In this document: positions 1 to 13,248 of the stretch, piece after piece
Numbering within the stretch: position 1 is the first letter of the stretch
Layout of the letters: every line of letters begins with the position of its first letter
DNA from: Lobosporangium transversale
Taxonomy: Eukaryota
NCBI RefSeq assembly: GCF_002105155.1
Contig: NW_019028999.1
Location: 372,001 to 436,000, forward strand
Reading direction: 5' to 3'
Length of the DNA: 64,000 nucleotides
Translations under genes and position numbers: made by a program
The notes under the pieces: generated by a model
The model's database searches: none
What the model was told of the DNA's origin: nothing
What the model saw: only the letters and a program-made list of their open reading frames with translations

Positions 1-191
1 AGTAGATATATTGTGTTTGTTAAAGTTGAACAAATCTCCATCATTTGTTCCCAATAGTTCTACCTATCCTTGTCAAGATCAATGATGATGGCTTATTGCT
101 GACTTTATACTAGTCAAGAGCATGTGAGCCGATACAGTTGGTTCTTCTTTTTTTGTTCATGCCTAAGTCTTTACGTTCTATTGTTACTTAC

Positions 192-461
192 GGCTGTACC
201 AGCGATTCCTCCTGCAAGCATTGTCCGTGCGACATAATCGAGTGACTTTGTTTCTCTAACAGTTACTCTCGGCTGTTTGTTCTCGGTACGATAAGTAATT
301 CCAGCAGATTCGGCTTCAGGAGACGCCAATGAAGACGTGGAGGAGCTTAATTGATTCCCGTTATGGCTACTAGTAGTGTGCTGGAGTTGGCCGTTGTTCT
401 GCTGGTTGGTTTGAAGTCTACCCAAGGCCGAGTCAGAACCGGCAGAGGAGATCGTAGCCAT
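192..461 (-). CDS. Mitochondrial carrier (SLC25; Leu5/SLC25A42-like CoA carrier), first exon; gene continues past the window start
   Basis: ATG at 461. Low-complexity N-terminus, then KSLDYVARTMLAGGIAGTA, a typical first carrier helix, ending at a GTAAGT donor (191-186). Confidence 0.7.
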
Positions 462-1091
462 CAAAGAGATGAAGGAGACTGAAAAGGAATAGAATAAAAT
501 AAAGTATAGACTTTAATGGTTAAATGTCAAGCTTTACAGGATCAAGTGGGATCGTTGATTAAAAAGGGGAAGAAAGAAAAGGAAATGGGACTAGATTGGT
601 GCATGTAACGTATGCTGAATGTGGAGTCAAATATTGCGATAAATATGAATAATCATACAAGACAGGCGGAGCCCTAGAGGCTATTTTATCTTTAATGAAG
701 CTCTAATCAGTCAACGATGGGCAAAAGTCGTTGTACAATGCATAAAAAATATAATTATTAAAATGATTGTGAATGGAGAAATAAAAAAGAAACCCGAGCG
801 ACAGATGTCCGTTGTAAAGAAACTTTCACATGCATGCTTCAAACCCTTAAGAAACAACGAATTAACCAAAAGTGACTCTGTCACTCATGTAAAATATAAT
901 TCCGCTTTGCTTTATTGCATCTGCCTTGCGGCTTAAAAAATCGTCGCAAGGCAAATAAATTTGATGGGAATAATTATATATAAAAAGAGCTACTTCTAAT
1001 CAACTCCTGATCCTGATTGCTAGTTCACTCTACTAAAAGTGTGCGTTTCTCACCCAGGTTCCCTTGATGGTCGGCACGGCTTCTATGATTC

Positions 1092-2541
1092 CTAGACACG
1101 TCTCTGGGGTGGTGGTGGTGGTGGCGCTCCACGACTGATGGTTTGTGTCAACAGGAACATATACAGAAAAAAAAAAAGAAAAAAAAAAGGAGAACAGAAC
1201 GTCGGTTCCCGAAAAAAAAAAAAATCCGTCAATGCTGATTGATCTTCTGCGCAGGTTCTTCTTAATTGGAAATTGCATGAGACGCCTCTGACCAAGGTTT
1301 CATCTCGCGAAGCATTGAATCCCAAGTGCAATTAGGTCAAATACTGCCCTCCCGATCCCGCTCCAGCTCTGTATAGGATAGCCCTCCAATGCATCCCAAA
1401 AGTAGTAAATAAATAAAAGAATATGGACTCTGAAACAACTCAATCCTTAACTATCAAAGGAGTTGTAGTACCCACATGTCGCCGTTTTCATATATCATAT
1501 CTTGAGGTCACAGTGGCAGAAAACGAGCAGGAAGGAAGAGGGGAAGATTTTCTTGCATTCGAATGCTCAAAGAAAAATCAAATCAATGGAGCCTGATCAG
1601 GAATAGTCAAATGGCTATAATGTAAAGGTAACTTACCCATATGGGCTCGGCGAACGACCCCGTCCGCTATCACGGTAATAAGGCGAGGGAGATCGGCCAC
1701 GATAGCCTCCAGAATGATAAGGGGAGCGAGGGCGATAGCCGTACCCCCGGTCGGGTGATCTCGAATAGCCACGTCCACGATATCCATAGTCATATGGGTC
1801 CCTTCCATACGGTCCTGGAGAGCGCCCTCGGCCGTAGCGAGGAGGCGGGGGAGGCCCTCGGCGATAATCACTGTATGAAGGCCCATATCGCCTAGAGCTA
1901 GGGCCTCGGCAAAAGCGTGCCAAATGGCCGGGTTCGCCACATTTGAAGCACTTCCCGGATTTGACATCCATACCCTTCTCGCTCGCTTCTGGACATTCTC
2001 TCGCCCAGTGTCCAGTTTGATTACATAAGAAGCATCCACTTCCAGGACCGCCAGAGCGTCTTGACCACTCCACTGAAATCCTGTTTCCATCGAGCTCATA
2101 TCCATTCAACTTACCCACAGCATCATCAGCATCACGAGGATCTTCATATTCGACAAAAGCAAAGCCTCCATGCTTTAACTCCACAGACAACACACGGCCG
2201 TATTTTTCAAACTGATGAATAGATATGTGAATAAAATTAGTAAAATTTAATTTATCAAGCAGCCCCAATTCTATAGTCCTTTTTTTAAAATCATACCAGT
2301 TCCTCAACATCTCTACGCTCGGTTCTTGGACTCAGGTGCCCGACATAAACTGTGGTATGTGTACTACTTGGAGGAGCAGCATTATCCACTATAAATGTAG
2401 TAATGAGTAGAGTGAGTCGATTTTCGAAATATTGAATCAGACTTTTATCAATTGAAGCATCCAGGCTAATACAGCCCGCTATAATAAGCTTTTGAATAGT
2501 ATACCTGGTGGAAGAGGAGGGGGAGGAGGGGGAAGTGACAT
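1092..2541 (-). CDS. SR-family splicing factor: RRM + two CCHC zinc knuckles + RS/RSP-rich tail (SRSF7/RS2Z-like)
   Basis: Exons 2541-2505 ([12 protein letters not shown]), 2388-2297 ([22 protein letters not shown]2) and 2211-1637 ([11 protein letters not shown]1, [34 protein letters not shown] repeats). A terminal exon at 1134-1092 is the best candidate. All splice phases fit. Confidence 0.88.
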
Positions 2542-2825
2542 GGCTGCGTGAAATTGCTGATTAATGTGGAGAACGAAAAGAGGTGATGGGCAAAAGGGAA
2601 AAAAAAAAAAAAAAAAAACCTTGGCATCCGTAGATTTGTATCTGAAACTACGTCACATGAGGAAAGGAAATAATGAAGGCAATAGTGATTTGTTATTTCA
2701 TTGGTGGAGTTTACAGGAAATAGCCCTCATGCTAGCCCCAAGCCGCAATTGTCATGGACACTCTTTTGTTTTGACCACCGAGTTAACTTATTGATTTGGA
2801 TTGTGACAGGATCCAACTTTTACAA
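2542..2825. promoter_or_regulatory. Short bidirectional promoter between the head-to-head SR gene and SMARCC/SWI3 gene
   Basis: Only 284 bp separate the divergent ATGs. It contains a poly-A tract and an ATF/CREB-like TACGTCA at 2649-2655. Confidence 0.55.
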
Positions 2826-5800
2826 ATGGCTGCACGTCGCAAATCAGGCGGCGCAGATGCCCGTTTCTATGAATCACCAGATACTATTGCTCAGTTTGAG
2901 CGCATCAAGGACGAACTTGTACGAGAGCTAAACAAGAGGCATCCGGGATCGGACGTATTGCTGACTGCGAGGGAATTGTCAAATTTTACTCATGCCCTCC
3001 AGCAATTTCAGGAAGATGTCCTTGGCACCAATAATGCGCACTTATTGCCATCAGCCTCAGCAAGGATTCCTGCAAAAGTTTTTCGATGTGACGTCATCAA
3101 TGGATCTTCAGCAATATACAAGGCATTAAGAGCCGCATACGAGTATCGCTTTGCACAAGGCTGGCGTCGTTGGGATCTCTCTAGCGCAGCCAGAAGAAGT
3201 CAAAATTTGGAGTTAATCGCACATATTCGCCAGGAACTTATTTCTCAAGGCGTCATTAAGAATCCTGTAGTTGCGTTTGATGATTCGATTAGTGAAGAAG
3301 AGCGAGAGAAACTTGAGTCATCGGTTGAGCGATTAGGAGGTATGTACAAGTCTTTTAGCAAGTAATATATTCAAATATGGCACTGGTCAATATCAAACAT
3401 AATCTTACGGACAGCTGCATGGATCAATAGGAACCATAACATCAGATCTTGACCAGGCAACGCATATTATTCATCACTCATCAGAGGAACTGGAAAGTCC
3501 CGAAGGCGAAGAGTGGCTTCGCACGCTAGAAAAGAAGGATGGCAAGGTTCTGGTTCATTACTGGTATTATCCTGACTCATACGACGAATGGTTGCTCGAA
3601 ACATCAAGCGAATTTATGGACCCGGAGCCCGCACCGGAACACACTGGTGCTTGGAACATTTCTGCTAGGTGGATCAGAGACAGTGAAAAGTACAATGAAT
3701 GGATGAATGAAGAGGACTACGAGCCATCTTCAGATCAGGCAAGTGACCAAGAATCAACTGCAAGCTCGCCTGCGCCATCTAATCAACGTTTCGGCAGCAA
3801 ACGCGACAATTCTGATAAAACTGAACCAAACCCCAAGAGGTTGAAACGGAGCTCGTCAGTGACACCTTTGGATCTCCAACCCGATTACCCAGGGCTTCAA
3901 GTTGTCTCCTTGGAAGAGAATGCGCCCCGAGGACGTGGATCAAAAAAGAATGAGTATGAACCTATCATTGGGGGCGATTTAGCTAATATCCCTACAATAG
4001 ATGAGAATATCCTGCCATCTCGCTCAGTTTCCCCAAAGAATGCTGAGGCTGTTGAGACAGTGAGCTTGCAGATGGATTTAGATCAAATGGGGAAAGAGGA
4101 TAAAGGTGAAGCAAATCCTGCTATAGTAGAGGGAGGTGGGGCTACCGAGGATGTTGGGAATGCAAATCAAGTGGATGCGGAGCGTTCGCGACTCGAGGAA
4201 GAAGCTCGTCAATATCTCTCGCCACAATCTCAAGAAGTCATCATTCCTTCCTATGCTGCCTGGTTCTCGCTTTCTAAGATCCATGAGATCGAACAAAAGT
4301 CATTACCGGAGTTCTTCAATTTCAAAAACAGGAGTAAGACACCAACGGTTTATAAGGATTATCGAGATTTCATGGTGAATACGTACCGCTTGAACCCCTC
4401 AGAATACCTGACTGTCACTGCTTGTAGAAGAAATCTGGCTGGTGATGTTTGCGCAATTATCAGAGTACATGCGTTTTTGGAGCAGTGGGGGTTGATCAAT
4501 TACCAGGTATTAACAGCAACTATTACTTTTATCTCAAATGAAAAAAAAGGGGGGCAGCAGGAAGACATATCGTGGCTTACCCATTCTTTTTATCGTCTCT
4601 AGACTGATCCCGATACCCGTCCTTCGACAGTTGGACCTTCCTTCACTGGTCACTTCCGCATCGCTGCCGACACACCAAAAGGCTTACAGCCATTTCAGTC
4701 TAGGGTTATGCCTTCAGAAACAGCAGAAACAGTGGATATTAAATCAAATAATGAACATACAGGGACGACTAAACTGGATCCAAATTTAGCTCTTCGCCGC
4801 AACATTTACACTAGCAGACCGGAGCTAAGCTCAAAAGATAATGATGAAAATGCAGAAAAAAAGCATCGGTTCAACTGCTTCACCTGCGGTGTAGACTGTA
4901 GCAAGAATCGATACCATAGTATCAAAACCAAAAATTTTGAGCTCTGCTCCAACTGTTTCACACAAGGTCGATTTCCTTCCACTATGGCTTCAGGTGACTT
5001 TATCAGATTCCAGTCACAACATCATTCAGCAGATGAGCCATGGACAGATCAGGAAACCTTACTTTTATTAGAAGGCTTGGAGATGTACGGTGAAGATTGG
5101 AACATTATTGCAGACCATGTTGGGACTCGAGGTCGTGAGCAATGTATCTTGCACTTTTTACAGCTGCCTATTGAAGACCCTTATTTGGAGAGTCCTGCGC
5201 AGGATCAGCTGGGATCACGTCGCTCTCAAAAGCTACCGTTCAGCGAATCTGAGAATCCTGTTATGAGTGTGGTTGCCTTCCTCGCAAGTGTCGTTAACCC
5301 TGGAGTAGCTGTAGCAGCAGCACAGAGTGCTTTGAAGACCCTTGCATTAGCAAAGAATGATGTGAAAACTTTGACTGAATATGAAGCTACTCAAGCGATT
5401 CCTGAAAGCTCCATGGACATGGACAAGTCATCAAGAGAGGAGGACACTAATACTGACCGCTCAAAAGAAGACATTGATATGTCGGACACAAATGCTAGTT
5501 TGAAAGAGGCCAAAGCAAACGATATTGAAGGTATACCGCACTCGATACTGGAGAAGGCTGCAGCAGCAGCATTAGGCTCTGCTGCGGCGAAAGCAAAAGC
5601 ACTGGCGGATTACGAAGAACGCGAAATCCAGAGGTTGGTAACTGTTGTAGTTGAGATGCAGCTCAAGAAATTGGAGCTTAAACTTCAGCAGTTTGAAGAG
5701 CTGGAAACAATACTTGACACTGAGAAGAAAGATCTTGAACGCCAACGAGAACAACTGTATCTCAACAGATTGATGATGAAGGAGAGTATTATGTCAATGC

Positions 5801-6003
5801 AAGAGAAAGTGATATTGGCACGGCAGATGGGAGACCCACGCGTGTTTGCCAATGTTACAGTTCCTTTAGGTAACGTTGCCGGTACAGGAACGTTATTTAA
5901 AAATGAAACGATAGTGCGTCAGCAACAGGACCTTGGACAAGTAGCGAAACACCCAAGCCGTGACCAGCAGGACTTACAAGTTGTTATCCAGCCACTTCCA
6001 TAA
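2826..6003 (+). CDS. SMARCC: SWI/SNF-RSC core subunit SMARCC/SWI3/RSC8 (N-terminal chromo-like module, SWIRM, ZZ zinc finger, SANT, C-terminal coiled coil)
   Basis: Exons 2826-3339, 3431-4506 and 4603-6003 are in frame. [14 protein letters not shown]...[21 protein letters not shown]...[30 protein letters not shown]. Coiled coil: [16 protein letters not shown]. Confidence 0.95.
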
Positions 6004-6157
6004 TTTTAGATTATTCAAAAATGCGATGCTTGTCGGATGGTATCGGAGTTCAAGGAATTCCTTTTTTGGTCAAATGCGTTCTCGAATATCGCGAAAGGGA
6101 CAATTACTTCATCTGATCACAGTTCGGATGGGCGCATTGTATCACTATATCTTTTAC

Positions 6158-6198
<41 letters not shown>

Positions 6199-8133
6199 CA
6201 ATATATTCTTTTTTTTTTTTTTGAAAAATTGATGAACGCAAAAGGTAATACCAAGGAAATCAATTATTTGGCATGTTTGGAGCGTGAGAGCCGCATCGAC
6301 TCACCTAACTCGAGGTTCGAAACCGATGGTTTATGTACGCCTGTTTCTGTCCTGGCTCTTTTTCTTGTTTTTTGCATTGGTCGTACAAATTTGACAGGTG
6401 ACAAAATGGAAGGGCACAGACCCCAATTGGAAAATATTCTAAACGAACACACAATATCGATACACCATTCGCATCATCTTAGTCTGGTCTAGTCTATTGG
6501 TCTGGTCTGCGAATGGGAAAAAAAAAAAGTGGAGTTGCATATTAAATATTATGCAGCGTCCGGCATATTCAAGCATCTACCGTTTGTATGTACCCGCTTG
6601 TGGTGTTGTTACTCCTTTCATCACAAAAGAGAAGCTAACGAAGGGGGATTTCATGACATATGCCAGTGGAAAAATGTGAGAAAAAAAACATATCACAATT
6701 ATGTTTTGCTGCCCTTCGGTTTGGTGCACGACACCAAAAGGGATGTGTTTGAAGACACCCTTTGCGTTGCTTGTGGCCTCCTTTTCTTGCCTGCCTCTTC
6801 CAATTGCCCGGTTTACGATTGCTCTTTCCATCTCTCTTTCTCCTTCATTCCTTCTCTCCTATCCTATCTCCATTCCTCAACATCAGTGATACAGACATTA
6901 AGAAAGTGTGTGCCAAGAGCTTAAATTAACCGGTCGCTCGTATAAATGCAATACCATTCATTGGATTGTGGAAAAAAGAAATATCCTGCCTTGATGTTTT
7001 GATTACTGTTTTCAAATAGCAGCCTTTTTTTATTTCATTTTCTTGAACACTTTGAAGGGTTATTCTTATAGGCTTGCCATCCATGTCTCAAACATATCTG
7101 ACTGTTTAGTGTTAAAAGAAAAGGTTATCTGAATAAGGGGTGTGTGATGGACAAGCCAAGCAATTCATTTTGCTTTTGGCGAAATACAATTTCTACCCCA
7201 CATTTTTGGCAAGTTTTTTTTTTCTCATGTACACACCACACGCGACAACCGAAACATACGACCAAGCAATGCATAAAAAGGCGTCGCCTGGGACACTCTC
7301 ATCTTTCTTTTTTATTCTTCACCTTTTTTCTTCTCTTTTGATAATCTTTAATCCACTCCTCGCCTCTCCTTAGCCCCATCCCCATCTGCACTATTTGCAC
7401 TCTCTTTTCATACTGTCCTACAGTCGTCCGCAAGAAAACTCCTTGATTCCTTGACAGCTTTGTATTCGGCTCTTCAAGTTGGTCTTAACATTTGAGATAC
7501 CCAAGATACTCAAGATACTCGTTTAGGATTGCTTGTCGTCTCCCTTAGTGTTGGTCTTAATCTATCCATCCTACGACAGCTTTTTTTTTTTTTTTTTTTT
7601 TCTCCTTCCTCGAAAAAGTGGCCGCGTTGTTGCCTTTATTGACCCTCCATCTACCTCCATCATCTTTCCAAAGTTTCAAAAATGCTCTGCCAGTGAGTTT
7701 GGAGTTTGTTACAGAATCTCTCCATAAACACAACCAAGTCCTCCCACTAGCTTCTGAACATTCTCCAAACGTAGTCAATTCAAATATTTCACTCTACCTT
7801 TTCTCCGAGTGATTGATACCCTTTCGCCCATTTGTTCTACCTTACCACTTTTACCAAATTTTGAACAAAGCGACAGCCCACAAAAGGCCTCCTCATCCCC
7901 CTTTTTATCGTTTTTTTGGATCTCTATCGGTTTCGTCAGTTTTATTTCGTATTTTTCCTGTTGTGAAATCAAACGAAACATCGCCGACGAATTTGGCTCT
8001 AGCCGATACCAGGTAAAAATGGGTTCGTTCATATTTGTGTAGTGTCACGAGGAACATTCGCCCAAAGAGGCAAGCCTTGCTCGATCCTGCATTAAACTCA
8101 GACGTAATTTTTTTGCATGAAAAAAAACTTAGT

Positions 8134-9650
8134 ATGACTTTGATGCAGTCACAAGAGGCAAGTGCTACAAAACGTGCACTTGCTTTGCCCGAAATCGTCT
8201 TCGAGATTCTTGCTTGTCTTGAAGCTCAAGCTGACCTTTGCCCACAGCTGGTCCAATCCACATTGCGTGCCTGTACCTTGGTCAACTGGACATGGTTCTT
8301 TGATGCGAATGTCTTTCTTTATCGTGCTCCTTACATTCGTCATGGCCGAGGATCCGAGGCAAAGATAAATGCATTTGTCCGCACTCTAAGCACCACCAAT
8401 CGTGGTATCTATGTGCGCTCGCTTTCTCGCTGCAAAGTCGAGCTCTGGGACATTTACCCTTCGCTCGATAGGCTGTTTGAATATTGCCCACGTCTTTCCT
8501 CCCTTGCTCTGTGCTTTCGTTCAGGCGAGCAAGGCCATTTGATGGAGCCATTCGAAGCTGAAGCTTTCCGTTCGTTTAACCCGACCATTGCAAAGGGTAT
8601 GTCACATATCCATGAACTTGACCTGACTAGTGTGTCCATCAATTCGACCGATAAGGATGACGCTGCCTATGCAGATGCTGCTTTGAACTGCATCAGCGCA
8701 TGCACCCGCCTCCAGAAGCTAGTCACCACACGCGCTGACTGGACAAATATTAGAACGATCTCGCGACACCTTACAGACCTTAGTATTTCGTTTGTGGCGC
8801 CACCAGACCTCAAGACAAGCGTTATGCTGGCTCCTAACTTGGTCCAACTGACTAGCCTTCATTTGCATCATGCCTTGCACGCCCAGCCCGCTTATGATTT
8901 TACACGGGTTCTGGCCCAGTACTGCTGCTCTTTGATCAACCTCGATATCTGTCCTGAGGTCATCACAACCACCTCCCTTGAGAAGTTGGTCGAACGCAAC
9001 CCAAGGCTTACGTCAATTTACCTTCGCAACTGTCCAGACGAATATACATCGGCAGTTTTGGAGCATCCACCTCAGAATCTTAAATTTTTTGACATGGGTG
9101 TTGTTGACTCGCAGTTAATCCTCAAGGCTCTAGCCCTATGCCCCAAGCTGACATCTACTGGCAAGTCGGCACCCAGAAACAATAACACTGCTGAGTTCTG
9201 GCAGAGCTTTTTGGAACGTGCTCGTCAGATCCAGGAATTGCATGTGGAGCGCTGGACCGACTTCCACAGCAAGGATTTGTTTTTCAATACTGTCCTTCCA
9301 AAGCTCGGACCACAGTTGGTCCGACTCTGGTTTGGCTGGAGAGATCTTTTGGGATGCGACGAGTTGGAACGTGTGCTCACTTCTTGTGACCGTCTTCAAG
9401 TCCTTCGAGCACCTGTGAAGGGCAATGGCCAGGTAAACAGGATGAGCTGAAACCAAGATCTTGATTGTGATCGCGCAATTATCTAATCACTTTTATTTTC
9501 TTATAGAACTTGGTTCGATGCTTTAAGGTCGTCGCTGATCGATCTCGACTACGCGAGGTGCGTCTCTTTGGAGACAACGTCAAGTTCTGCGATGACGACA
9601 AACGACGAATGCAACGTTTCCTTCCGGTACTTTGCAGCTTCACCAACTGA
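8134..9650 (+). CDS. F-box-like / RNI-like leucine-rich repeat protein
   Basis: ALALPEIVFEIL...LRACTLVNWTW F-box-like motif followed by LRR-like repeats (CPRLSSLAL, NPRLTSIYL). Exons 8134-9432 and 9507-9650. Confidence 0.8.
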
Positions 9651-9880
9651 GTCACTGCATTTCTAGGATATAGCCAATGTGGCATACCTTATCAGCACTT
9701 GACTTTGTGTAATCATTCATTTTATCCATCTGTACATATAACCTCAAAAAAAAAAAAGAAAAAAGATATTTGTACTTTTTCAGTGCCATAGCTTGCTTGT
9801 AAATATTTGTGTAATAAATCATTATGAACTGTCTTCAATGCCATTCTATTGTACGAATATAATCGAATCTAGACTACACT

Positions 9881-11132
9881 TCAAGCGACAGCAAAGCGTT
9901 GGGCAGCACGGTCGAACAGACTTGACTTTAGGTCTAGATCTTGTAGGTAGCTGTGATTAGGTGCTACGCTCTGTAATTGTCTATTTCAAAGCATAAAAAT
10001 AAAAAATAAGCTTATCTAGCCATTGAACTGTATAGTACACATTGAAATTAAATTTTGTGGAACTTACTGGACAAGGCTGTTAATTTCCTCAATGGGCTTG
10101 TTCAGCAGGGTTGAGAGGACGATTTGGTTCACAATTGCATCTGTGTTGGTGGGTTCCTTAGCCAATGCCTCCTGTAAGATCCCTTCAGCCTCTGGATATT
10201 GACCCATTTGAATGTTACAGACCGCTTCACCAACCAATGACTTGACTGTTGGCGATGTGCTTGAAGTAGCGATTTCTTCATAGATATAATATGCATTCTG
10301 GTAACGCTCTCCTCCTCCAACACGAAGCCCGACCCATGCCTCCATCAACTGAGCCAACATAGCATCCTCAGCCCAGGACTTGCAAGCCTCAACTTCCTTT
10401 TTAGCTAGATCCAGACGATTCATCTGGAGATAAATCTGAACAACGACTGCCACGCTAAAAATAATAAGGCATTAGTTTTTTTTTTCTCTTTACTTTTTTT
10501 TTTATTTTTTTATCATATTTATATATTATATAAACTTGATGTTGAACATCACATACCTCTCTAGATGGTTGTTATGCGGCAAGAGAACAGTCAATGCTTC
10601 CTCAACCAGACCCTCGGCACCCAAGACCTGACCTACCACTACTTTAACTTCCAATGCCGTAACTTCTGGCTGTGAATCCTCTGGTGAGTGGATAAGGAGA
10701 AGTTCTCTGAGGTGTGACAGTGCAGCATCACGCCCCGTAGCATCTGCAGACTGCACAGCGTCTAAATATACAGCTTGAGCTTTCAAAGCCTGAAGACCCA
10801 ATGCATGAGACTCAGTGATCTCCTGAGCAACACGGTTATAATCTTTGATGGCGATAAGTGAACGATAGAGGAAAAGGTCCAGTTGATGAATGGTGACTTG
10901 ATTAGCTGAAGCACGCGTCCTTGATGAGGTGGTGTCGGCAATAACCTGGTTATAGTTTCCTAGAATGAAGAAAAAGAGTTCGCAAATGGTGTATTAGGAT
11001 GGAATAACTGGACTAGAAAAAAAAAAAAAAAAGTAACGCGTAGGATGAGCGCATGGTTGTGTTCTTAATGATCCTACAAAGCATACCAGAGTAGAAAAGA
11101 TTGCGAATGGCAAAGAGTGTATTTTCGTCCAT
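9881..11132 (-). CDS. COPE: Coatomer epsilon subunit (TPR protein)
   Basis: Starts MDENTLFAIRNLFYSG|NYNQVI. Contains VQIYLQMNRLDLAKKE, WAEDAMLAQLMEAWVGL and YQNAYYIYEE, and ends KSSLFDRAAQRFAVA*. Four exons with canonical sites. Confidence 0.92.
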
Positions 11133-11282
11133 GATGTACAAAGTGATGCGTGAATCTGAAGGAATGAAGTGATGTGGAAGTAGAGAGCAAAGATGGAACA
11201 GATGTCAGTCTCTGTCCCACTTTCATGCGTTGACACGTTTCAGAAATATAAGGTGGCTTTTATTACATTCGAAACGGTATCT

Positions 11283-13248
11283 TCATGATATGAGATTGGA
11301 AGCTCTTGGGCCAGCTCTCCTCGCCCAATGCTTAATGGTATGATCATTATCACCATCCTCAAAGGCCGCTTTGATAACATTCAACATCTCCAAGACTGGT
11401 TCGAGTTGCTCCTCGTCTCCCCAACCATATTGACGTAGCTGTTCCTTGGATGTGATCTGGCCTGGGGACGAAGAATTCAAAGAACGAGTTTTAAGCTCCT
11501 TTCGGATACTCCGAACAAGACTGAGCGTGTCACCGTCAACTAAAGCTCCACTACGTTGCATCTGCTTCAAAATCTCAAGACATCCTGCTCCATCATTCCA
11601 CGCATCCCAGCGGGACTTAAGAAGAGCTTTGTATGATTCTGTGCGGACTGTGCGAATAAATACAGGAAGGCCTTGTCTACGGGTATGTTCTACAAGAGCG
11701 CTGCCTAAGAATGGATGCAATGATCTCTGGCCTTCGCTATCTGCCAAGCGTGTGGAAGAGGCCGTTAAAATAGCTCGTGAGAGAAGACTATCCAAGCTAA
11801 CGCTCGAGGGCCTTACAACCTCTGATGATTTTTCTGATGAAGACTCTAAAAATGGCAAGATAAGCTCGTCCACGAATTCCTGAACTTTGATAATATCCCC
11901 ACTTTTATCGTCCAGCTCCTTTTTCATCCTAATTGCAACTTTGTTCTCTTCACGAATGGCATTGAAGATGGTGTTTTCTTGAGCTGAAGTCTGATCTCGA
12001 CTCAGCCAGTCATGGGGACCAACGGTGTTTTGCATAACCTGAAAACTGGATGTGCTTGGCTTTACGTCCAAGTAAATCGGCTCCACTCTCTTCGAAAGAT
12101 TTTCAAATTGACGCTGAAGCACTAACATTGGGTCATTCTTTGCTTTTGTATTCGATACAGTTGAATCTGGCGCCGTTGGAGGATGGCCTGCTGTGCTGTC
12201 GCTAGGGACCGCTGAAGATGTTGATTCACTACCTTGTTGACTATCTGCAATCCCTTCATGACCTGTACGATTGAAGTTGGAGAAGAGTGACTGTACCTTT
12301 CCTCCAACGCTAATTTCTGGTTTCTGTGGCTTCTTTTGTTCAAAGAGCGATGAGAATAACGCCTTGAAGGCGTCCCTTTCTGAGCTTTTCATCTTTGGAT
12401 CCTTCCAGCGATCGGAGAGCGTATGGCGGCTGTCAAAGGTTAAGGCTGACGATGGCTTCGCTGATGAAGCTGCACTTGATGGCGATCGATATTCTGAAAG
12501 TGCAGGGAATAAGGTTGAGGCTCCTGGGATCTTATCCAAAACCTCCTCTCTATCTCCATTACTATCGCCTTCCTTGGCTTTCCTTTCACCCAAGTCATCC
12601 TCATCAAATAAAAATTTCCAAGACTTAGAAATTGAAGCCTTAGTTATTTCAGTTGCGCCAGGATCTGCTTCCGTAGTCAACGGTGTCGTCCTTGCCGGTG
12701 TTGTCATCCTGAAATCTTCACCCATCTGAAGCTTCTCGAACAGTCGATTGATCCTTTCAGTACCTGTGCGTATTTCAGCTTCTCTTGATTTCCTCGCAGC
12801 CTCTTCCTCTGCTTGTTTCCTTTCCCTCTCCAGCTTTCTCGCGCGGATTCCCACCTCAGCAGATGGCTTTAATTTGAACTTCTTGACTAGATCTTCAGTA
12901 GTAATCGGCAAAGGTGTGCTATTATTGGTTGGTGAGGATATATCTCGCTGGTTCTCCAACGTATCGTTGTTCTCTTGATTTTGTGCTTTCATAGCCTTGA
13001 GTGAACTTCCCTCAGTTTCCTGCTTTCCTGCGCCCATGTATGTTGGACTCAATGTGGAGAAAGCAGGAGCCTGGCGTTGAAGACATTGGTGTACTCCTGA
13101 AAGTAAGGATGTTAATAAAACAGAAAGTAAATATCAAAACCAAAGATTGTAATGATATCGAATTTTAGAAGTTAATACTTCCATCCAGTGGTTTACCTTG
13201 TTGTAATGAGATCCTGTAAATCATGCAATGCGTTGAGATCCCTTTCAT
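11283..13248 (-). CDS. Probable mitochondrial Mtf2/Nam1-family protein
   Basis: Short exon 1 (MKGISTHCMIYRISLQQ, targeting-peptide-like) splices in frame to the 589-codon ORF. The C-terminal YKALLKSRWDAWND...LEILKQMQRSGALVDGDT resembles the Mtf2 C-terminal domain. Confidence 0.6.

Noticed and set aside
1578..2105. 175-aa alternative-frame ORF overlapping the SR gene
   Set aside because: Shadow frame of a GC-rich repetitive exon with no domain features.
6037..8042. Cluster of short ORFs between SMARCC and the F-box gene
   Set aside because: Low complexity and non-ATG starts; more consistent with UTR, promoter and leader-intron sequence.
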